A stretch of DNA of 64,000 nt from an uncultured Desulfobulbaceae bacterium (GTDB lineage: Bacteria; Desulfobacterota; Dissulfuribacteria; Dissulfuribacterales; DYLC01): positions 91,258-155,257 of the forward strand of contig CAYRSX010000040.1 in assembly GCA_964427245.1 (NCBI GenBank). The letters run 5' to 3'. The translations under genes and the position numbers were made by a program. Numbering within the stretch: position 1 is the first letter of the stretch; each line of letters starts with the position of its first letter. Below, piece after piece: positions 46,439 through 57,441 of this stretch. The notes beneath the pieces were generated by a model. That model ran no database searches and was not told the origin of the DNA. It saw only the letters and a list, made by a program, of their open reading frames with translations.

Positions 46439-48001
46439 ATGGAATTTATCTATGTTGTCATATTGATTCTTTTTGCTCTGGCTGTAGGGGCCGGGGCAGG
46501 TATCTGGTTTTATCTCCGCAAACAAAAGAATGTGGTCAGCGCTGATGCAATAGAGCTGGAGCGTTTGAAAAATGTGTTTGAACAGGATGCGGAACGCATC
46601 AGACATGAGGTCAGATTGCAGGCCCAGGAAGAACTTTTCCAGCAGAGAAAGGAGTTGGATCAGGAGATAAAGGCCCAGCGGGCTGAGCTGCATGCCCTGG
46701 AAAAAAGGTTGCTGCAGAAAGAGAACCAGTTGGACAGAAAAGAAGAAGGATTTGTTCAGAAGGAGACCGAGCTTCGCCAAAAAGAAAAGGAAGTCAACAG
46801 ATTAAAGTGCAGATATGAGGAAAAGAATCGTGAGTATGATAATCTAATAGCTGAACAAAAACAGCTGTTGGAGAAGATAGCCGGAATGTCTAATGAAGAG
46901 GCCAGACAGTATCTCTTAAATAAGATAGAGGTGGAAGCCCGGCAGGATGCAGCCATCCTTGTGAAAAAGATTGAACAGGAGACTAAGGAGATAGCTGATA
47001 AAAAGGCTAAAGAAATCATTTCGTTGGCTATTTCCCGTTATGCAGGCGATTATGTGGCGGAGAAGACCGTTTCCTCTGTAGCCCTGCCCAGCGAGGAGAT
47101 GAAGGGCAGAATAATCGGCAGGGAAGGCCGGAATATCAGGGCGTTGGAGGCAATTACAGGCGTTGACCTTATTATCGATGATACTCCGGAAGCGGTGTTG
47201 CTTTCGAGTTTCAATCCGGTGCGCAGAGAGGTGGCCAGAATAGCATTGGAAAGGCTCATAACCGATGGACGGATACACCCTGCACGCATTGAAGAGATGG
47301 TCAAGAAGGTTGAAAAAGAGGTCGATAACGCTATTCGTGAGGCAGGTGAGCAGGCTACCTTCGATGTGGGTGTCTATGGCATTAACCCGGAGTTGATCAG
47401 GATGCTTGGTAAATTAAAGTTCCGCACCAGTTATGCGCAGAATGTTTTGCAGCATTCTATAGAAGTGGCGTTTCTTTGTGGTGTGATGGCCTCAGAGCTG
47501 GGTATAAATGTTAAAAAGGCTAAGAGGGCCGGATTGTTGCACGATATCGGAAAGGCTGTGGATCATGAGGTGGAAGGTTCTCACGCCATCATAGGTGCTG
47601 ACCTGGCTAAAAAATATGGAGAGCCCCTAGATGTCATACATGCCATTGCCGCACACCATGAGGATGTCAAACCCGAGACAGTGCTTGCTGTGCTTGTGCA
47701 GGCGGCTGACGCCCTTTCGGGTGCAAGGCCTGGCGCCAGGAGAGAGACTCTTGAAAGTTATGTCAAGAGGCTGGAAGAGCTGGAGGCGGTTGCTACCTCT
47801 ATTCCAGGTGTCAACAAGAGTTACGCAATACAGGCCGGCAGAGAGATTCGCATCATGGTGGACAGCGGACGTGTTTCAGATGCCGAAACGTCCCTGCTTT
47901 GCAAGGATATAGCCAAAAAAATCGAGACCCAATTGACATATCCCGGCCAGATCAAGGTTGTGGTGGTCAGAGAGACGCGCAATGTGGAATATGCCAAGTA
48001 A
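46439..48001 (+). CDS. rny: ribonuclease Y
   Basis: N-terminal TM, coiled coil, KH domain ('[15 protein letters not shown]') and HD domain ('[13 protein letters not shown]'). Confidence 0.95.
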   Translation: MEFIYVVILILFALAVGAGAGIWFYLRKQKNVVSADAIELERLKNVFEQDAERIRHEVRLQAQEELFQQRKELDQEIKAQRAELHALEKRLLQKENQLDRKEEGFVQKETELRQKEKEVNRLKCRYEEKNREYDNLIAEQKQLLEKIAGMSNEEARQYLLNKIEVEARQDAAILVKKIEQETKEIADKKAKEIISLAISRYAGDYVAEKTVSSVALPSEEMKGRIIGREGRNIRALEAITGVDLIIDDTPEAVLLSSFNPVRREVARIALERLITDGRIHPARIEEMVKKVEKEVDNAIREAGEQATFDVGVYGINPELIRMLGKLKFRTSYAQNVLQHSIEVAFLCGVMASELGINVKKAKRAGLLHDIGKAVDHEVEGSHAIIGADLAKKYGEPLDVIHAIAAHHEDVKPETVLAVLVQAADALSGARPGARRETLESYVKRLEELEAVATSIPGVNKSYAIQAGREIRIMVDSGRVSDAETSLLCKDIAKKIETQLTYPGQIKVVVVRETRNVEYAK

Positions 48002-48046
48002 ATTGGTTGAGTATAGTTGTTTTGCATTAAGGAAGTGAGGGCATAA

Positions 48047-49261
48047 ATGGAAAAAGATATAGAAAAGTCCATGGCATTGATTTTGAGAGGGGCTGTGGAG
48101 ATCATAGAAGAAGGTGAGTTGAGGGCAAGACTTAAAAAGGCCGTCGAGACCGGAATCCCCCTGCGCGTTAAGGCCGGTTTCGATCCCACTGCTCCAGATC
48201 TTCATCTCGGCCATACGGTTCTGATACAAAAAATGAAGCATTTTCAGGAACTTGGCCATCAAGTTATATTTCTGATAGGTGACTTTACCGGTCTTATAGG
48301 TGATCCAACCGGCAAGTCTGATACCCGTCCTCCCTTGACTCCTGAACAGGTCCAGAAGAACGCCAGCACATACAAGGAACAGATATTCAAGATACTGGAT
48401 TCTGAAAAGACTGAGATAGCATTCAACAGCCATTGGATGAATCAGATGCACTCCATGGATATGATTCGTCTATGCGCCAAGCATACAGTGGCGCGTATGC
48501 TTGAACGGGATGATTTCAAGAAGCGTTTCCATGCCCAGCGGCCTATTGCAATTCATGAGTTTATATATCCATTGATTCAGGGCTATGACTCAGTGGCGCT
48601 TAAGGCGGATGTGGAATTGGGCGGTACGGACCAGAAGTTCAATCTACTGGTGGGCAGGCAGCTTCAGAAGGAGTACGGTCAGCCATCCCAGATGGTGATA
48701 ACGATGCCTCTGCTTGAGGGCCTGGACGGCGTGAACAAGATGAGCAAGTCCCTCGGCAATTATATAGGTATAACAGAGGTGCCCAAAGACATGTTCGGCA
48801 AACTCATGTCCATATCGGATGAGCTGATGTTTCGTTATTATGAGCTGTTGAGCGCCAAGTCCATGCCGGAGATAATTGCTATGAAGACCGCTTGCCAGAC
48901 CGGTGCATTGCATCCAAAAAACGTCAAGATGGAATTGGCATTTGAGCTGGTGGCCAGATTTCATGGACAGGAACAGGCCAAGGCCGCTCGTGAGCACTTT
49001 GAGGTGCAGTTTTCCAAGGGTGAACTGCCGGCGGATATGCCTGAGATTCGTGTGTCAGAAGAGAATGGAGGTCTTTTTTTGCCGCATTTTTTGAAAGACA
49101 TGAAGCTGGCTGCCAGTACATCCGAGGCCAGACGACTGATTCAGCAGGGTGCAGTGTCTCTGAACGGAGAAAAGGTGGCTCAGGAAGAGTTGCATGTTTC
49201 GGCAGGAGAGCACATCCTTCGAGTAGGCAAATTGAAGTATCTGAGAATCGTGGTGTTGTAA
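48047..49261 (+). CDS. tyrS: tyrosyl-tRNA synthetase
   Basis: 'PDLHLGHTV' (HIGH), 'KMSKSLGN' and a C-terminal S4-like domain. Confidence 0.95.
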   Translation: MEKDIEKSMALILRGAVEIIEEGELRARLKKAVETGIPLRVKAGFDPTAPDLHLGHTVLIQKMKHFQELGHQVIFLIGDFTGLIGDPTGKSDTRPPLTPEQVQKNASTYKEQIFKILDSEKTEIAFNSHWMNQMHSMDMIRLCAKHTVARMLERDDFKKRFHAQRPIAIHEFIYPLIQGYDSVALKADVELGGTDQKFNLLVGRQLQKEYGQPSQMVITMPLLEGLDGVNKMSKSLGNYIGITEVPKDMFGKLMSISDELMFRYYELLSAKSMPEIIAMKTACQTGALHPKNVKMELAFELVARFHGQEQAKAAREHFEVQFSKGELPADMPEIRVSEENGGLFLPHFLKDMKLAASTSEARRLIQQGAVSLNGEKVAQEELHVSAGEHILRVGKLKYLRIVVL

Positions 49262-49284
49262 TTTTGTCAACGCTCTTCTTAAAA

Positions 49285-49460
49285 ACCGAAAAATAGACAT
49301 AAGAATGAGAAACTCTATATTTTACCTGTCATTGCGAGAACTCAAAGAGTTCGTGGCAGTCTTATTACAAAAGACGAGATTTCTCGCTTCGTTCGCAATG
49401 ACAGGACGTTGGTCGATATGTTTCGCTCGCAATGACAATCTTCTATGTCTATTTTTCGGT
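49285..49460. repeat. 176-bp composite palindromic element (outer 21-nt inverted arms + three 'cattgcgag' cores)
   Basis: accgaaaaatagacataagaa (49285-49305) is the reverse complement of ttctatgtctatttttcggt (49441-49460) apart from one indel. Cores lie at about 49329-49350 (+), 49378-49410 (inverted) and 49415-49437 (inverted). Confidence 0.85.
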
Positions 49461-50869
49461 TAAAATTTATATGTCTCTCCTGCTGCTGGTAAAATAATAT
49501 CTGTTTGCGGTAGTATTTTTTTTGCCTTTTCTGCAAAGGCACTGGATACCTCCGGCTCTCCGTGCACCAGAAATAGTCTTTTGGGTGCGGCCTTTCTGGC
49601 CATGTTCAGCAGCATGGTCTGGCCTGCATGTGCAGAAAATCCGTTTATGGTATTGATTCTGGCCTTTACTGCCACGGGTTCGCCAAATATCTGCACCTCT
49701 TTTGCGCCATCTATGATCTTTCTACCCAGGGTTCCTTGGGCCTGATAACCAACTACAATTAGACTGGTGCTGTCCTTCCACAAGAGATGTTTCAGATGGT
49801 GTTTGATGCGTCCGCCGTTCATCATGCCGCTTCCTGCAATGACTATTTTGGGCCCTTCAATGGAGTGAATCGCCATGGATTCTTCCACGGTTTCAGACAA
49901 AATGAGCCCTGGGAATACAAAGGGAGACTGCCTTTTCTGCAATGCCTCGCGCAGTTTCGTGCAGCAGAATTCACCGTGCGTGTGATATATGCGGGTTATG
50001 TCTATGGCCAGAGGGCTGTTGAGAAACACTGGAATCTTTTTGGAAAGTCTGCCCATTCGTTTCATTTCGCCTATGTGATACAGTACTTCCTGCGTACGCT
50101 CCAGAGCAAATGCCGGAATCAGTGCAGTTCCCCTTTTTTTCATGGCAAATGTAATGGTATCCTCAAATTCGGCCACTGTATCGCTGTAACTCTTGTGGTC
50201 CCGATTGCCGTAGGTAGTTTCCATAATCATGGTATGCACCGGCTGCACCGGCTCTGCTGGATCACTCATGAGCGGCCTGCCCCCGTCTCCGAGGTCACCT
50301 GTGTATAGGAGTGTTCGAGGGCTGCCATGTTCATTTTCATACTCCAGATATACCTGTGATGAGCCTAGGATATGGCCTGCATCATGCAGAGTCAATCGTA
50401 TCTCCGGAGTGGTGCCGAGTTTGACCGTTTGGTTGTAGCCTATTTGATGATTAAAGGAGTCCATTGAATAATAGACGTCCTCTATGGAATACAGCGGCTC
50501 CCTGGCCGTTATGCCCATGCGAGTCAGTTTGCGCCGCTTCCACTGAAATTCCTCTTTTATGATATGCGCTGAATCCAGCAGGATCAGGCGCGCAATATCC
50601 CTAGTGGGTGGTGTGGAATAGATAGGTCCTTTGAATCCACTCCTCGTGAGCAAAGGAATTCGGCCGCAGTGGTCCAGATGGCCATGGCTGAGAATCATTG
50701 CATGAAGCGTCTTGGAATTGCAGGGTAAGTTTTCATAATTGCGCTGTTCTACCTCCCATGGGCCTTGAAACTGTCCGCAATCCAGTAAAATCTTTTTGCC
50801 GTCTATTTGTAGTAGATGAGATGAACCGGTGACCGTTCCTGCTGCGCCATGAAAGGTAATCTGAGGCAT
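49460..50869 (-). CDS. MBL-fold beta-CASP family RNA-metabolising hydrolase
   Basis: 'ILSHGHLDHCGRIP' (HxHxDH) and 'DAGHILGSS', with beta-CASP-type spacing. AAGGAG lies 8 nt before ATG 50869. Confidence 0.8.
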   Translation of the reverse strand: MPQITFHGAAGTVTGSSHLLQIDGKKILLDCGQFQGPWEVEQRNYENLPCNSKTLHAMILSHGHLDHCGRIPLLTRSGFKGPIYSTPPTRDIARLILLDSAHIIKEEFQWKRRKLTRMGITAREPLYSIEDVYYSMDSFNHQIGYNQTVKLGTTPEIRLTLHDAGHILGSSQVYLEYENEHGSPRTLLYTGDLGDGGRPLMSDPAEPVQPVHTMIMETTYGNRDHKSYSDTVAEFEDTITFAMKKRGTALIPAFALERTQEVLYHIGEMKRMGRLSKKIPVFLNSPLAIDITRIYHTHGEFCCTKLREALQKRQSPFVFPGLILSETVEESMAIHSIEGPKIVIAGSGMMNGGRIKHHLKHLLWKDSTSLIVVGYQAQGTLGRKIIDGAKEVQIFGEPVAVKARINTINGFSAHAGQTMLLNMARKAAPKRLFLVHGEPEVSSAFAEKAKKILPQTDIILPAAGETYKF

Positions 50870-51149
50870 GTTGTGAGCTCCTTGAGTAATTGTAGTCATG
50901 GAATGCGCAACCCCTAAATAAGACTACAATAATGTATTAAGGCCTTATATACAATCTTTTATGAAGACTTTGATGGGCTGCAACAAAAGGCTTGAATTGC
51001 CATTGATGCTTTGTTAGATTGTCATGCCAGTCTATAGATACTTTTTGAAGGGGAGGTGAATGACAGTTTTGTAGATAGAAGTGAAGATAGCGTTTTTCCC
51101 AGTATCGGTATCGTTTTGCTTTACAGTTATTTTTTTAAAGGAGGATTAA

Positions 51150-51455
51150 ATGCAAAAAAGCGTTCAAGAAATTTTGGATTCCAGGGATTTCAAGCAGTTG
51201 ATGTCCAAAAGAGCCACGACATCCACGATTCTGATGGTGTTGCTCTTTACGATCTATTATGGCTACATCTTTTTGATTGGTCTTAACAAGCAATTTCTGA
51301 CTCAAAAGATCGGAGAGGTCACACCGCTTGGCATTCCATTGGGTGTGGCTGTCATTTTGGCTTCCTGGGTGCTGACTGTTATCTATGTGGTATGGGCCAA
51401 TTCCAGCTATGACCCTGAGGTTAAACGCCTCAAAGGCCAGTTATTGAGCAAATAA
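51150..51455 (+). CDS. yjcH: DUF485 (YjcH-like) membrane protein
   Basis: Two-TM small protein directly upstream of actP. AAGGAGG RBS. Confidence 0.75.
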   Translation: MQKSVQEILDSRDFKQLMSKRATTSTILMVLLFTIYYGYIFLIGLNKQFLTQKIGEVTPLGIPLGVAVILASWVLTVIYVVWANSSYDPEVKRLKGQLLSK

Positions 51456-51485
51456 TTTCAAAAAAAGAAGACAAGGAGAGAGAGT

Positions 51486-53051
51486 ATGGCTGATACTATA
51501 GCGGCTGTTCAAACTACTTTGGGGCAACCTACTGTTCCATCTATTGCATTTTTTATTGTCATTGTTCTGATAACCTTGGTCATTACCTATTGGGCTGCTA
51601 AGCGCACTAAGACCACCAAGGAATTCTATGCTGCAGGAAGAAGTGTTAGTGCCTTTCAAAATGGGCTGGCCCTGTCAGGAGACTATATGAGTGCAGCATC
51701 CTTTCTGGGCATTGCGGGTATGGTGGCTATGAAGGGCTATGACGGTATGATATATGCCGTAGGTTGGCTCGTAGGCTGGCCTGCGCTTATGTTCTTAATT
51801 GCAGAACCTCTGAGAAATCTTGGCAAATTTACCTTTGCAGACGTGGTGGCCTTTCGTCTGAAGCAGACACCTGTACGTATTGCATCTGCCATTGGCGGTA
51901 TTCTTACTGTGCTCTTTTATACCATTGCACAGATGGTCGGATCCGGCAGCCTTATAAAATTGATGTTCGGTCTGCCCTATGAGATAGCTGAGATTATAGT
52001 TGGTTGTATTATGTTGGCATATGTGTTGTTTGGCGGCATGTTGGCCACTACATGGGTTCAGATTATCAAGGCCTGTCTGCTTTTGGCCGGTGTCAGTGTC
52101 CTGACGGTCATCGTATTGGCTCAGTTCAATTTTAGCCCAGGTGAGCTTTATGCCGCTGTGGCCGCCAAGTATGGTCAGGCCGCTTTAGAGCCGGGTGGAT
52201 TGGTTACCAGCCCTCTGGATGCCTTTTCTTTGGGACTGGCTTTGATGTTGGGTCTTTTGGGTCTGCCTCATATTCTTCAGAGATTTTTTACAGTGCCTGA
52301 TGCCAAGGCAGCCCGCATTTCTGTGCTCTATGCCACTGGCTTTATTGGCTATTTTTACATCATTATCCCCATCGTCGGTTTCGGCGCCTCTGCACTGATC
52401 GGCAGAACAGTTATTGCCAACATGGACAAAGGCGGTAATATGGCTGCTCCGCTTTTGGCGGAATTTCTGGGCGGTACGCCTTTTTTAGGGTTTATCGCAG
52501 CGGTTGCCTTTGCCACAATTCTGGCGGTTGTGGCTGGTCTGACTCTGGCTGGTGCATCTGCTTTTTCTCATGATATCTATGTGCATGTCATAAAGGGCGG
52601 CAAGGCCACAGAGCAGGAAGAGGTAAGGGCCAGCCGCATAGCCACATTTATATTCGGTATGTTCGCCGTGCTCTTGGGTATTCTCTTCAAAGGACAGAAC
52701 GTGGCGTTTATGGTAGGTCTGGCCTTTGCCATCGCATGTAGTGCCAATTTCCCTGCTCTGGTATTGTCCATCTTCTGGAATAGATTTACCACTCAGGGGG
52801 CGGTGTGGGCCATTTTGACCGGTGCTGTTTTGGCTGTCGGTCTTATATTCATCAGTCCGACTGTGTGGGAAGATGTTTTGAAGAACCCAAAAGGTTCAGC
52901 CCTGTTTGCCCTCAAGAATCCGGCTGTTGTTTCCATGACAGCATCGTTTATAGTGGGTATTTTGGTCTCTCTCGTGACTCGTGAGCCTGAGGCCGAGACA
53001 AAATTCGAAGATGAAAAGCTCAGGACATATCTGGGCGTAGGCGCCGAGTAG
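51486..53051 (+). CDS. actP: cation/acetate symporter (SSS family)
   Basis: 'FYAAGRSVSAFQNGLALSGDYMSAASFLGIAG', about 13 hydrophobic segments, and the conserved yjcH-actP pairing. Confidence 0.85.
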   Translation: MADTIAAVQTTLGQPTVPSIAFFIVIVLITLVITYWAAKRTKTTKEFYAAGRSVSAFQNGLALSGDYMSAASFLGIAGMVAMKGYDGMIYAVGWLVGWPALMFLIAEPLRNLGKFTFADVVAFRLKQTPVRIASAIGGILTVLFYTIAQMVGSGSLIKLMFGLPYEIAEIIVGCIMLAYVLFGGMLATTWVQIIKACLLLAGVSVLTVIVLAQFNFSPGELYAAVAAKYGQAALEPGGLVTSPLDAFSLGLALMLGLLGLPHILQRFFTVPDAKAARISVLYATGFIGYFYIIIPIVGFGASALIGRTVIANMDKGGNMAAPLLAEFLGGTPFLGFIAAVAFATILAVVAGLTLAGASAFSHDIYVHVIKGGKATEQEEVRASRIATFIFGMFAVLLGILFKGQNVAFMVGLAFAIACSANFPALVLSIFWNRFTTQGAVWAILTGAVLAVGLIFISPTVWEDVLKNPKGSALFALKNPAVVSMTASFIVGILVSLVTREPEAETKFEDEKLRTYLGVGAE

Positions 53052-53191
53052 TCATATAATTCTTTCATTACATTCATTAACCTATGGAGGCCAAACGGAG
53101 TTTTGCTATAGATCTGTTTGGCCTTTTCTTTTTGAATGAAAGCATGTTAAATTCCATGAAAAAAGTTAGAACGTATTGCAGGAGGTGGCGC

Positions 53192-53758
53192 ATGGTGTCA
53201 TATGAAATCGAACTGTTAAATGCCAAACGGGCCTGTCTTATGGTCATAGACCCACAAGAAAGACTTATGAAAGCCATTCATGAGGTGGAGCGCGTGGTGG
53301 AGACCACGGCGTTTCTTGTCCGCTGTTGTCAGATTTTGAACGTGCCCATTTTGGTGACCACACAATACGCAAAGGGCATAGGGCCTATTGTGCCACAGCT
53401 TGCGGAATTGCTTGCCGATATCCCTTCTGTGGATAAAATGGAATTCAATGCCGCTTTCAACCCAGATGTGATGGCAGCGCTGGCTGGAATGTCTTCTTGT
53501 GTGGATACATTGATTCTGGCTGGTGTAGAGGCCCATATCTGTATCTATCAGACGGCCATTGGAATGATGGCCAAGGGATATCGTGTATACGTGGCCATGG
53601 ATGCCGTTTCGTCCAGGGAAAAGAGGAATGCTAAGGCCGCTCTTAAACAGTTGCAGGCCTTCGGTGTCGTAGTGGTGCCTGCTGAGACCATAGTCTATGA
53701 GATGTTGGGCAGGGCAGGTACACCGGAATTCAAGGCCATCTTGCCCTATGTAAAGTGA
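53192..53758 (+). CDS. isochorismatase-family hydrolase
   Basis: 'ACLMVIDPQERLM' and 'LILAGVEAHICIYQTA'. AGGAGG lies 6 nt before ATG 53192; the longer track ORF has no support. Confidence 0.75.
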   Translation: MVSYEIELLNAKRACLMVIDPQERLMKAIHEVERVVETTAFLVRCCQILNVPILVTTQYAKGIGPIVPQLAELLADIPSVDKMEFNAAFNPDVMAALAGMSSCVDTLILAGVEAHICIYQTAIGMMAKGYRVYVAMDAVSSREKRNAKAALKQLQAFGVVVVPAETIVYEMLGRAGTPEFKAILPYVK

Positions 53759-54624
53759 TCATGACAGGCGCCGGCAGGAAAGACGAAAAGATCGAAAAGA
53801 ATCTCCTGGCCATAGACTGGAATGCCAGTGAATTGCCCACGCTTCCCAAGGTGGCCAACTGTCTTTTGGGGATTCTGAATAAGGAGGATGCCCTTATAAA
53901 GGATCTGGCGGATTGTATCGGCAAGGACCCTGCGCTTGCCACTAAGGTGTTAAAGGTGGCAAATAGCGCCTTTTATGCACTGCGATTTGAGATTACCTCT
54001 ATACATCAGGCTATCGTGCTTTTGGGATTCAGGGAGATAGGCCGTATCGCCCTATCGTATCTTCTGGCGGACCGCCTGCTTTCTGTGGCACCCATAGCCA
54101 AATATCATGCTGTTTCCATGTGGAAACATATGACAGCCGTTGCAGTGTTGGCACAGGAGATCACTCCAAAGGATGTAATGGAGCCGGATGTCTATACCCT
54201 GGGGCTACTCCACGATATAGGCTGGCTGATACTGGTTTCACAGGCGCCGGAGGTATTCGTATCCATATGTGAGGAGCCAGGCCTGAACACCATGGAGATG
54301 GAGAGGCTCTGGGGTACAGACCACTGTCTTTGGGGAGCGAAACTTGCAGAAAAATGGGGTCTGCCGGAGCCTTTTCAGATAGTTTCTCTGCATCATCACG
54401 ACCCTTTTCAAGAGTTGGAGCCGCCTAAATATCTATTGCGCATCGCTTTGGCGGATTATGCAGCCAAGGCCGTGGGCATAACCATGTTGAAGATTGAACA
54501 GAATGAGTTGGATGGCCGTATCTTGAAGGCACTTTCTTTTTCAGATGAGTGGTTAGCTGATTGGGTTACAAAGCTTCAAGGGAATATGGGACGGTTTGAT
54601 GCAATATGGAGCGCCTTTGTCTGA
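53755..54624 (+). CDS. HDOD domain signalling protein
   Basis: 'LPTLPKVANCLLGILNKEDALIKDLADCIGKDPALATKVLKVANSAFY' and 'GLLHDIGWLIL'. The GTG start overlaps the upstream stop; ATG 53761 is an alternative. Confidence 0.8.
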   Translation: MIMTGAGRKDEKIEKNLLAIDWNASELPTLPKVANCLLGILNKEDALIKDLADCIGKDPALATKVLKVANSAFYALRFEITSIHQAIVLLGFREIGRIALSYLLADRLLSVAPIAKYHAVSMWKHMTAVAVLAQEITPKDVMEPDVYTLGLLHDIGWLILVSQAPEVFVSICEEPGLNTMEMERLWGTDHCLWGAKLAEKWGLPEPFQIVSLHHHDPFQELEPPKYLLRIALADYAAKAVGITMLKIEQNELDGRILKALSFSDEWLADWVTKLQGNMGRFDAIWSAFV

Positions 54625-54693
54625 GATTTAAGGCCTGTAACCGGCCTTATCCGTTGCTCTGTTTTTGAGTTTGTATGAATGTGTGTGTCTGTC

Positions 54694-55236
54694 CTATCCG
54701 GCATTTGTTCCTTTGTTGAGCAGAGTGACTCCCACGGCCATGTAGTGCAGACCGGATATGACGGTCAGGGCGGCTGTGAGCCAATAGACTAACTGAATGC
54801 CGCTGGTGATGATTCCCAGATGATCGTGGGCCATGACTAGCAAAATGGTCAAAAGCTGAAAGACTGTGGTGGCCTTGCTTATTAGGGATGGCCGAATTGC
54901 CACACCGTTTTGAAACAGAAATAAAATGATGATGCCTGTAACTATGATCACATCCCTGCTGATGACCAGAATGGTAAGCCAGGCAGGTATCAAGTCAATG
55001 GCGCTAAGAGTCAGATAGGCCGATGTGAGCAGGAATTTATCTGCCACAGGGTCGAGTATTGCGCCTGTTTGAGTCTTTTGATTAAATCGTCTGGCAATGA
55101 GGCCATCCAGGGCATCTGTCACCGCTGCAATGGCGAACAGCCCGGTGGCCGAGTCAAGACGCCTTTGTAGTATGAGAATGACCAGTATCGGTGTAAGCAG
55201 AATGCGTAGGATAGTCAATAGATTGGGTATATTCAA
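54694..55236 (-). CDS. pgsA: CDP-alcohol phosphatidyltransferase (PgsA-like)
   Basis: 'DALDGLIARRFNQKTQTGAILDPVADK' is the D-x2-DG-x2-AR...G-x3-D-x3-D motif. Confidence 0.8.
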   Translation of the reverse strand: MNIPNLLTILRILLTPILVILILQRRLDSATGLFAIAAVTDALDGLIARRFNQKTQTGAILDPVADKFLLTSAYLTLSAIDLIPAWLTILVISRDVIIVTGIIILFLFQNGVAIRPSLISKATTVFQLLTILLVMAHDHLGIITSGIQLVYWLTAALTVISGLHYMAVGVTLLNKGTNAG

Positions 55237-56180
55237 GTTATGCCCCTTGTCTGAATATAAGGCCAGATCGTCTGCTGGCTGCTTAACTCCTTAGCATTGA
55301 ACCAGCGAATACTTGAGTCGGCTCGCATCCATATGAGCTGTCTTCTGGCATAATGGCGGTGGTCCCGCTTCATATATTCGATGCACTCATTAAGGGTGTG
55401 TTCTCCTTGCAGGTATTGAATGATATGCCGATAGCCTAGAGTTTGTAAGGCATTGAGGCAAGGGGAATAGTCCTTTTGCAGCAAGTTGTGCACCTCTTCG
55501 AGAAATCCGGCCTTCATCATGGCATTCACTCGTTTGTCAATTCGTGTATATAGTTCTTGAATGGGGCGCAGTAATCCTATTTTGATAATTTTATATTTAG
55601 ATGAAAGACCCTTAGAATGATGTGTCTTGTGCCAGGTGGAGATGGGAATGCCACTTTGCGCAAAGACCTCTATGGCTCGAAAAAGACGAGTCAGGTCGTT
55701 TGCATGAATGCGATTAGCGGATTCTGTATCTATTTTTTGTAGATATTCGTGTAATCCTTGGCTGCCATTGCGTTTTACTATGAGATTCAGGGTATGTCTG
55801 ATGGCTGCATCCTGGCCTGGGCATTGAGTCAGGCCGTTTAACAGGCTGTAGAGATACATATTGGTGCCGCCCACTAAAATTACATTTTTGCCGCGTTCTT
55901 TGATTTGTTTTATGATGTGGTACGCACGATGTACAAATCTGGCCACATCATTGGGTTCGTCGGGTTCAAGAATATCCAGAAGATGGTGCGGTACTTGGGT
56001 TCTTTCTTGTACCGTGGGTTTGGCCGAGCCGATGTCTAGATGTTTATAGAGCTGCACGGAGTCGTAATTTACGATCTCGGCATGTAACTCGCGAGCCAGG
56101 CGTAGGGAGATTTCGGTCTTTCCCACGGCAGTTGGGCCCAGTATAGCTATGATGGGAAAAGGTATGGGCGGCCAGGACAT
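55233..56180 (-). CDS. miaA: tRNA dimethylallyltransferase
   Basis: 'ILGPTAVGKTEISLRLA' P-loop and 'HHLLDILEP'. Confidence 0.9.
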   Translation of the reverse strand: MSWPPIPFPIIAILGPTAVGKTEISLRLARELHAEIVNYDSVQLYKHLDIGSAKPTVQERTQVPHHLLDILEPDEPNDVARFVHRAYHIIKQIKERGKNVILVGGTNMYLYSLLNGLTQCPGQDAAIRHTLNLIVKRNGSQGLHEYLQKIDTESANRIHANDLTRLFRAIEVFAQSGIPISTWHKTHHSKGLSSKYKIIKIGLLRPIQELYTRIDKRVNAMMKAGFLEEVHNLLQKDYSPCLNALQTLGYRHIIQYLQGEHTLNECIEYMKRDHRHYARRQLIWMRADSSIRWFNAKELSSQQTIWPYIQTRGIT

Positions 56181-56187
56181 TTGATTA

Positions 56188-57441
56188 TCAGATTAGCCGT
56201 TTTTTGATGCCTGCGATCCCTTCCTGCTTCAGCACATGCCAGCCCTTTTGCAGCATGGTGGACAGCATTTGAGGTTCATGCAAGGCATTTTTGAGGAGCT
56301 TTTGCAGCCCTGCAATTTTGTGTGCTGGGCTGCCTCCTGTATAGCCCGGTGTCAGCGTGGAAAACAGGTGTTCCACTTGAGCCTGCGCATCTTCTCCTTG
56401 AAAAAGACTCGGGTACTCGATTTTTGCCTGAGTATTCCACCATCTCAAGAAACCTTGAGCCTCGAACGGGTCTGGAAATGCCTGTTGAAGGTCTTGTCTT
56501 TCTCGATAGACCAGGCGCTGGACATTTGTTATGGGCGTGCCATTGGAGAAACGTGCAAATGCCCATGGGAGTGAAGCAAGCGGGTCCTTGCTCAATTCCT
56601 GTGTGTGTTTTTTGTACCAATTCAAAAGCAGTCTGACGGAGTCATTTGCACCAATATTTTTTATCACCATGATATCATGGGCACCGCTGTCGAAGCCTGT
56701 AAAGTGATAGAAACCAAGTGGTTCGTCATTTACAAAAAAGCCACTTTCAAAATCGCCTGTTACATGCCGATGGGTCAGATTCCATGATGCCACATTGTGT
56801 CTGGGCGAACGCATTATGGCGACATTCTCGAAAAAGGCTGGAACCAGGTCAATCCATCGTTGGTCAGTAAATAGACCGTTTTTTATGTCGGCTCTGCAGA
56901 AGTGGTACAGACGTTTTGCCCACCAGTTTGCAAATCTGCGGCTGTTTTCGTTTACGGCTATGCCTATGAAGCCGAGATTGTATATGCCATGCTTCAGACT
57001 GCATATCTCATTGTCCATAACGGCCTGTATATCCTCTTCAGGTTCAGTGAGATGGGGTGTAAGCAGCAGTGAACTCTCATCCAATGCCTTCAGAATATCA
57101 TCAAGTTTAGAGAAGACTACCATATCGGGATCCATATAGATAATCTTACCTGCGTCTGGTAACTCAATGAGTTTCAGTATGGCAAATGGCTTTATGGCTG
57201 TTGCGAGTTCAACAATGTTATGACAGAATGCCCATCCGCGCCAGTATTGTATGTTGAGATTGGCAATAGGCCAGACATGGTCGAACGATTCTCGTGAAAT
57301 GTCTATGTGATCAGGTAGATCGTCGGCTAATGCAAGGTGCAGTTTCCAATTTGAGTGATATTTTCGAATGGATTGAAAGAGAAGACGAACCTTTGGAATG
57401 TAATTGCATGCAGCACAGGTAAATAAATGGATGTTTTTCAT
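56188..57441 (-). CDS. putative GT-A-fold glycosyltransferase (DxD type), family unassigned
   Basis: 'IIYMDPDMVVF' DxD-like motif after an N-terminal Rossmann-like start 'IHLFTCAACNY', plus 'LFTDQRWIDLVP'. No secure family call. Confidence 0.45.
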   Translation of the reverse strand: MKNIHLFTCAACNYIPKVRLLFQSIRKYHSNWKLHLALADDLPDHIDISRESFDHVWPIANLNIQYWRGWAFCHNIVELATAIKPFAILKLIELPDAGKIIYMDPDMVVFSKLDDILKALDESSLLLTPHLTEPEEDIQAVMDNEICSLKHGIYNLGFIGIAVNENSRRFANWWAKRLYHFCRADIKNGLFTDQRWIDLVPAFFENVAIMRSPRHNVASWNLTHRHVTGDFESGFFVNDEPLGFYHFTGFDSGAHDIMVIKNIGANDSVRLLLNWYKKHTQELSKDPLASLPWAFARFSNGTPITNVQRLVYRERQDLQQAFPDPFEAQGFLRWWNTQAKIEYPSLFQGEDAQAQVEHLFSTLTPGYTGGSPAHKIAGLQKLLKNALHEPQMLSTMLQKGWHVLKQEGIAGIKKRLI

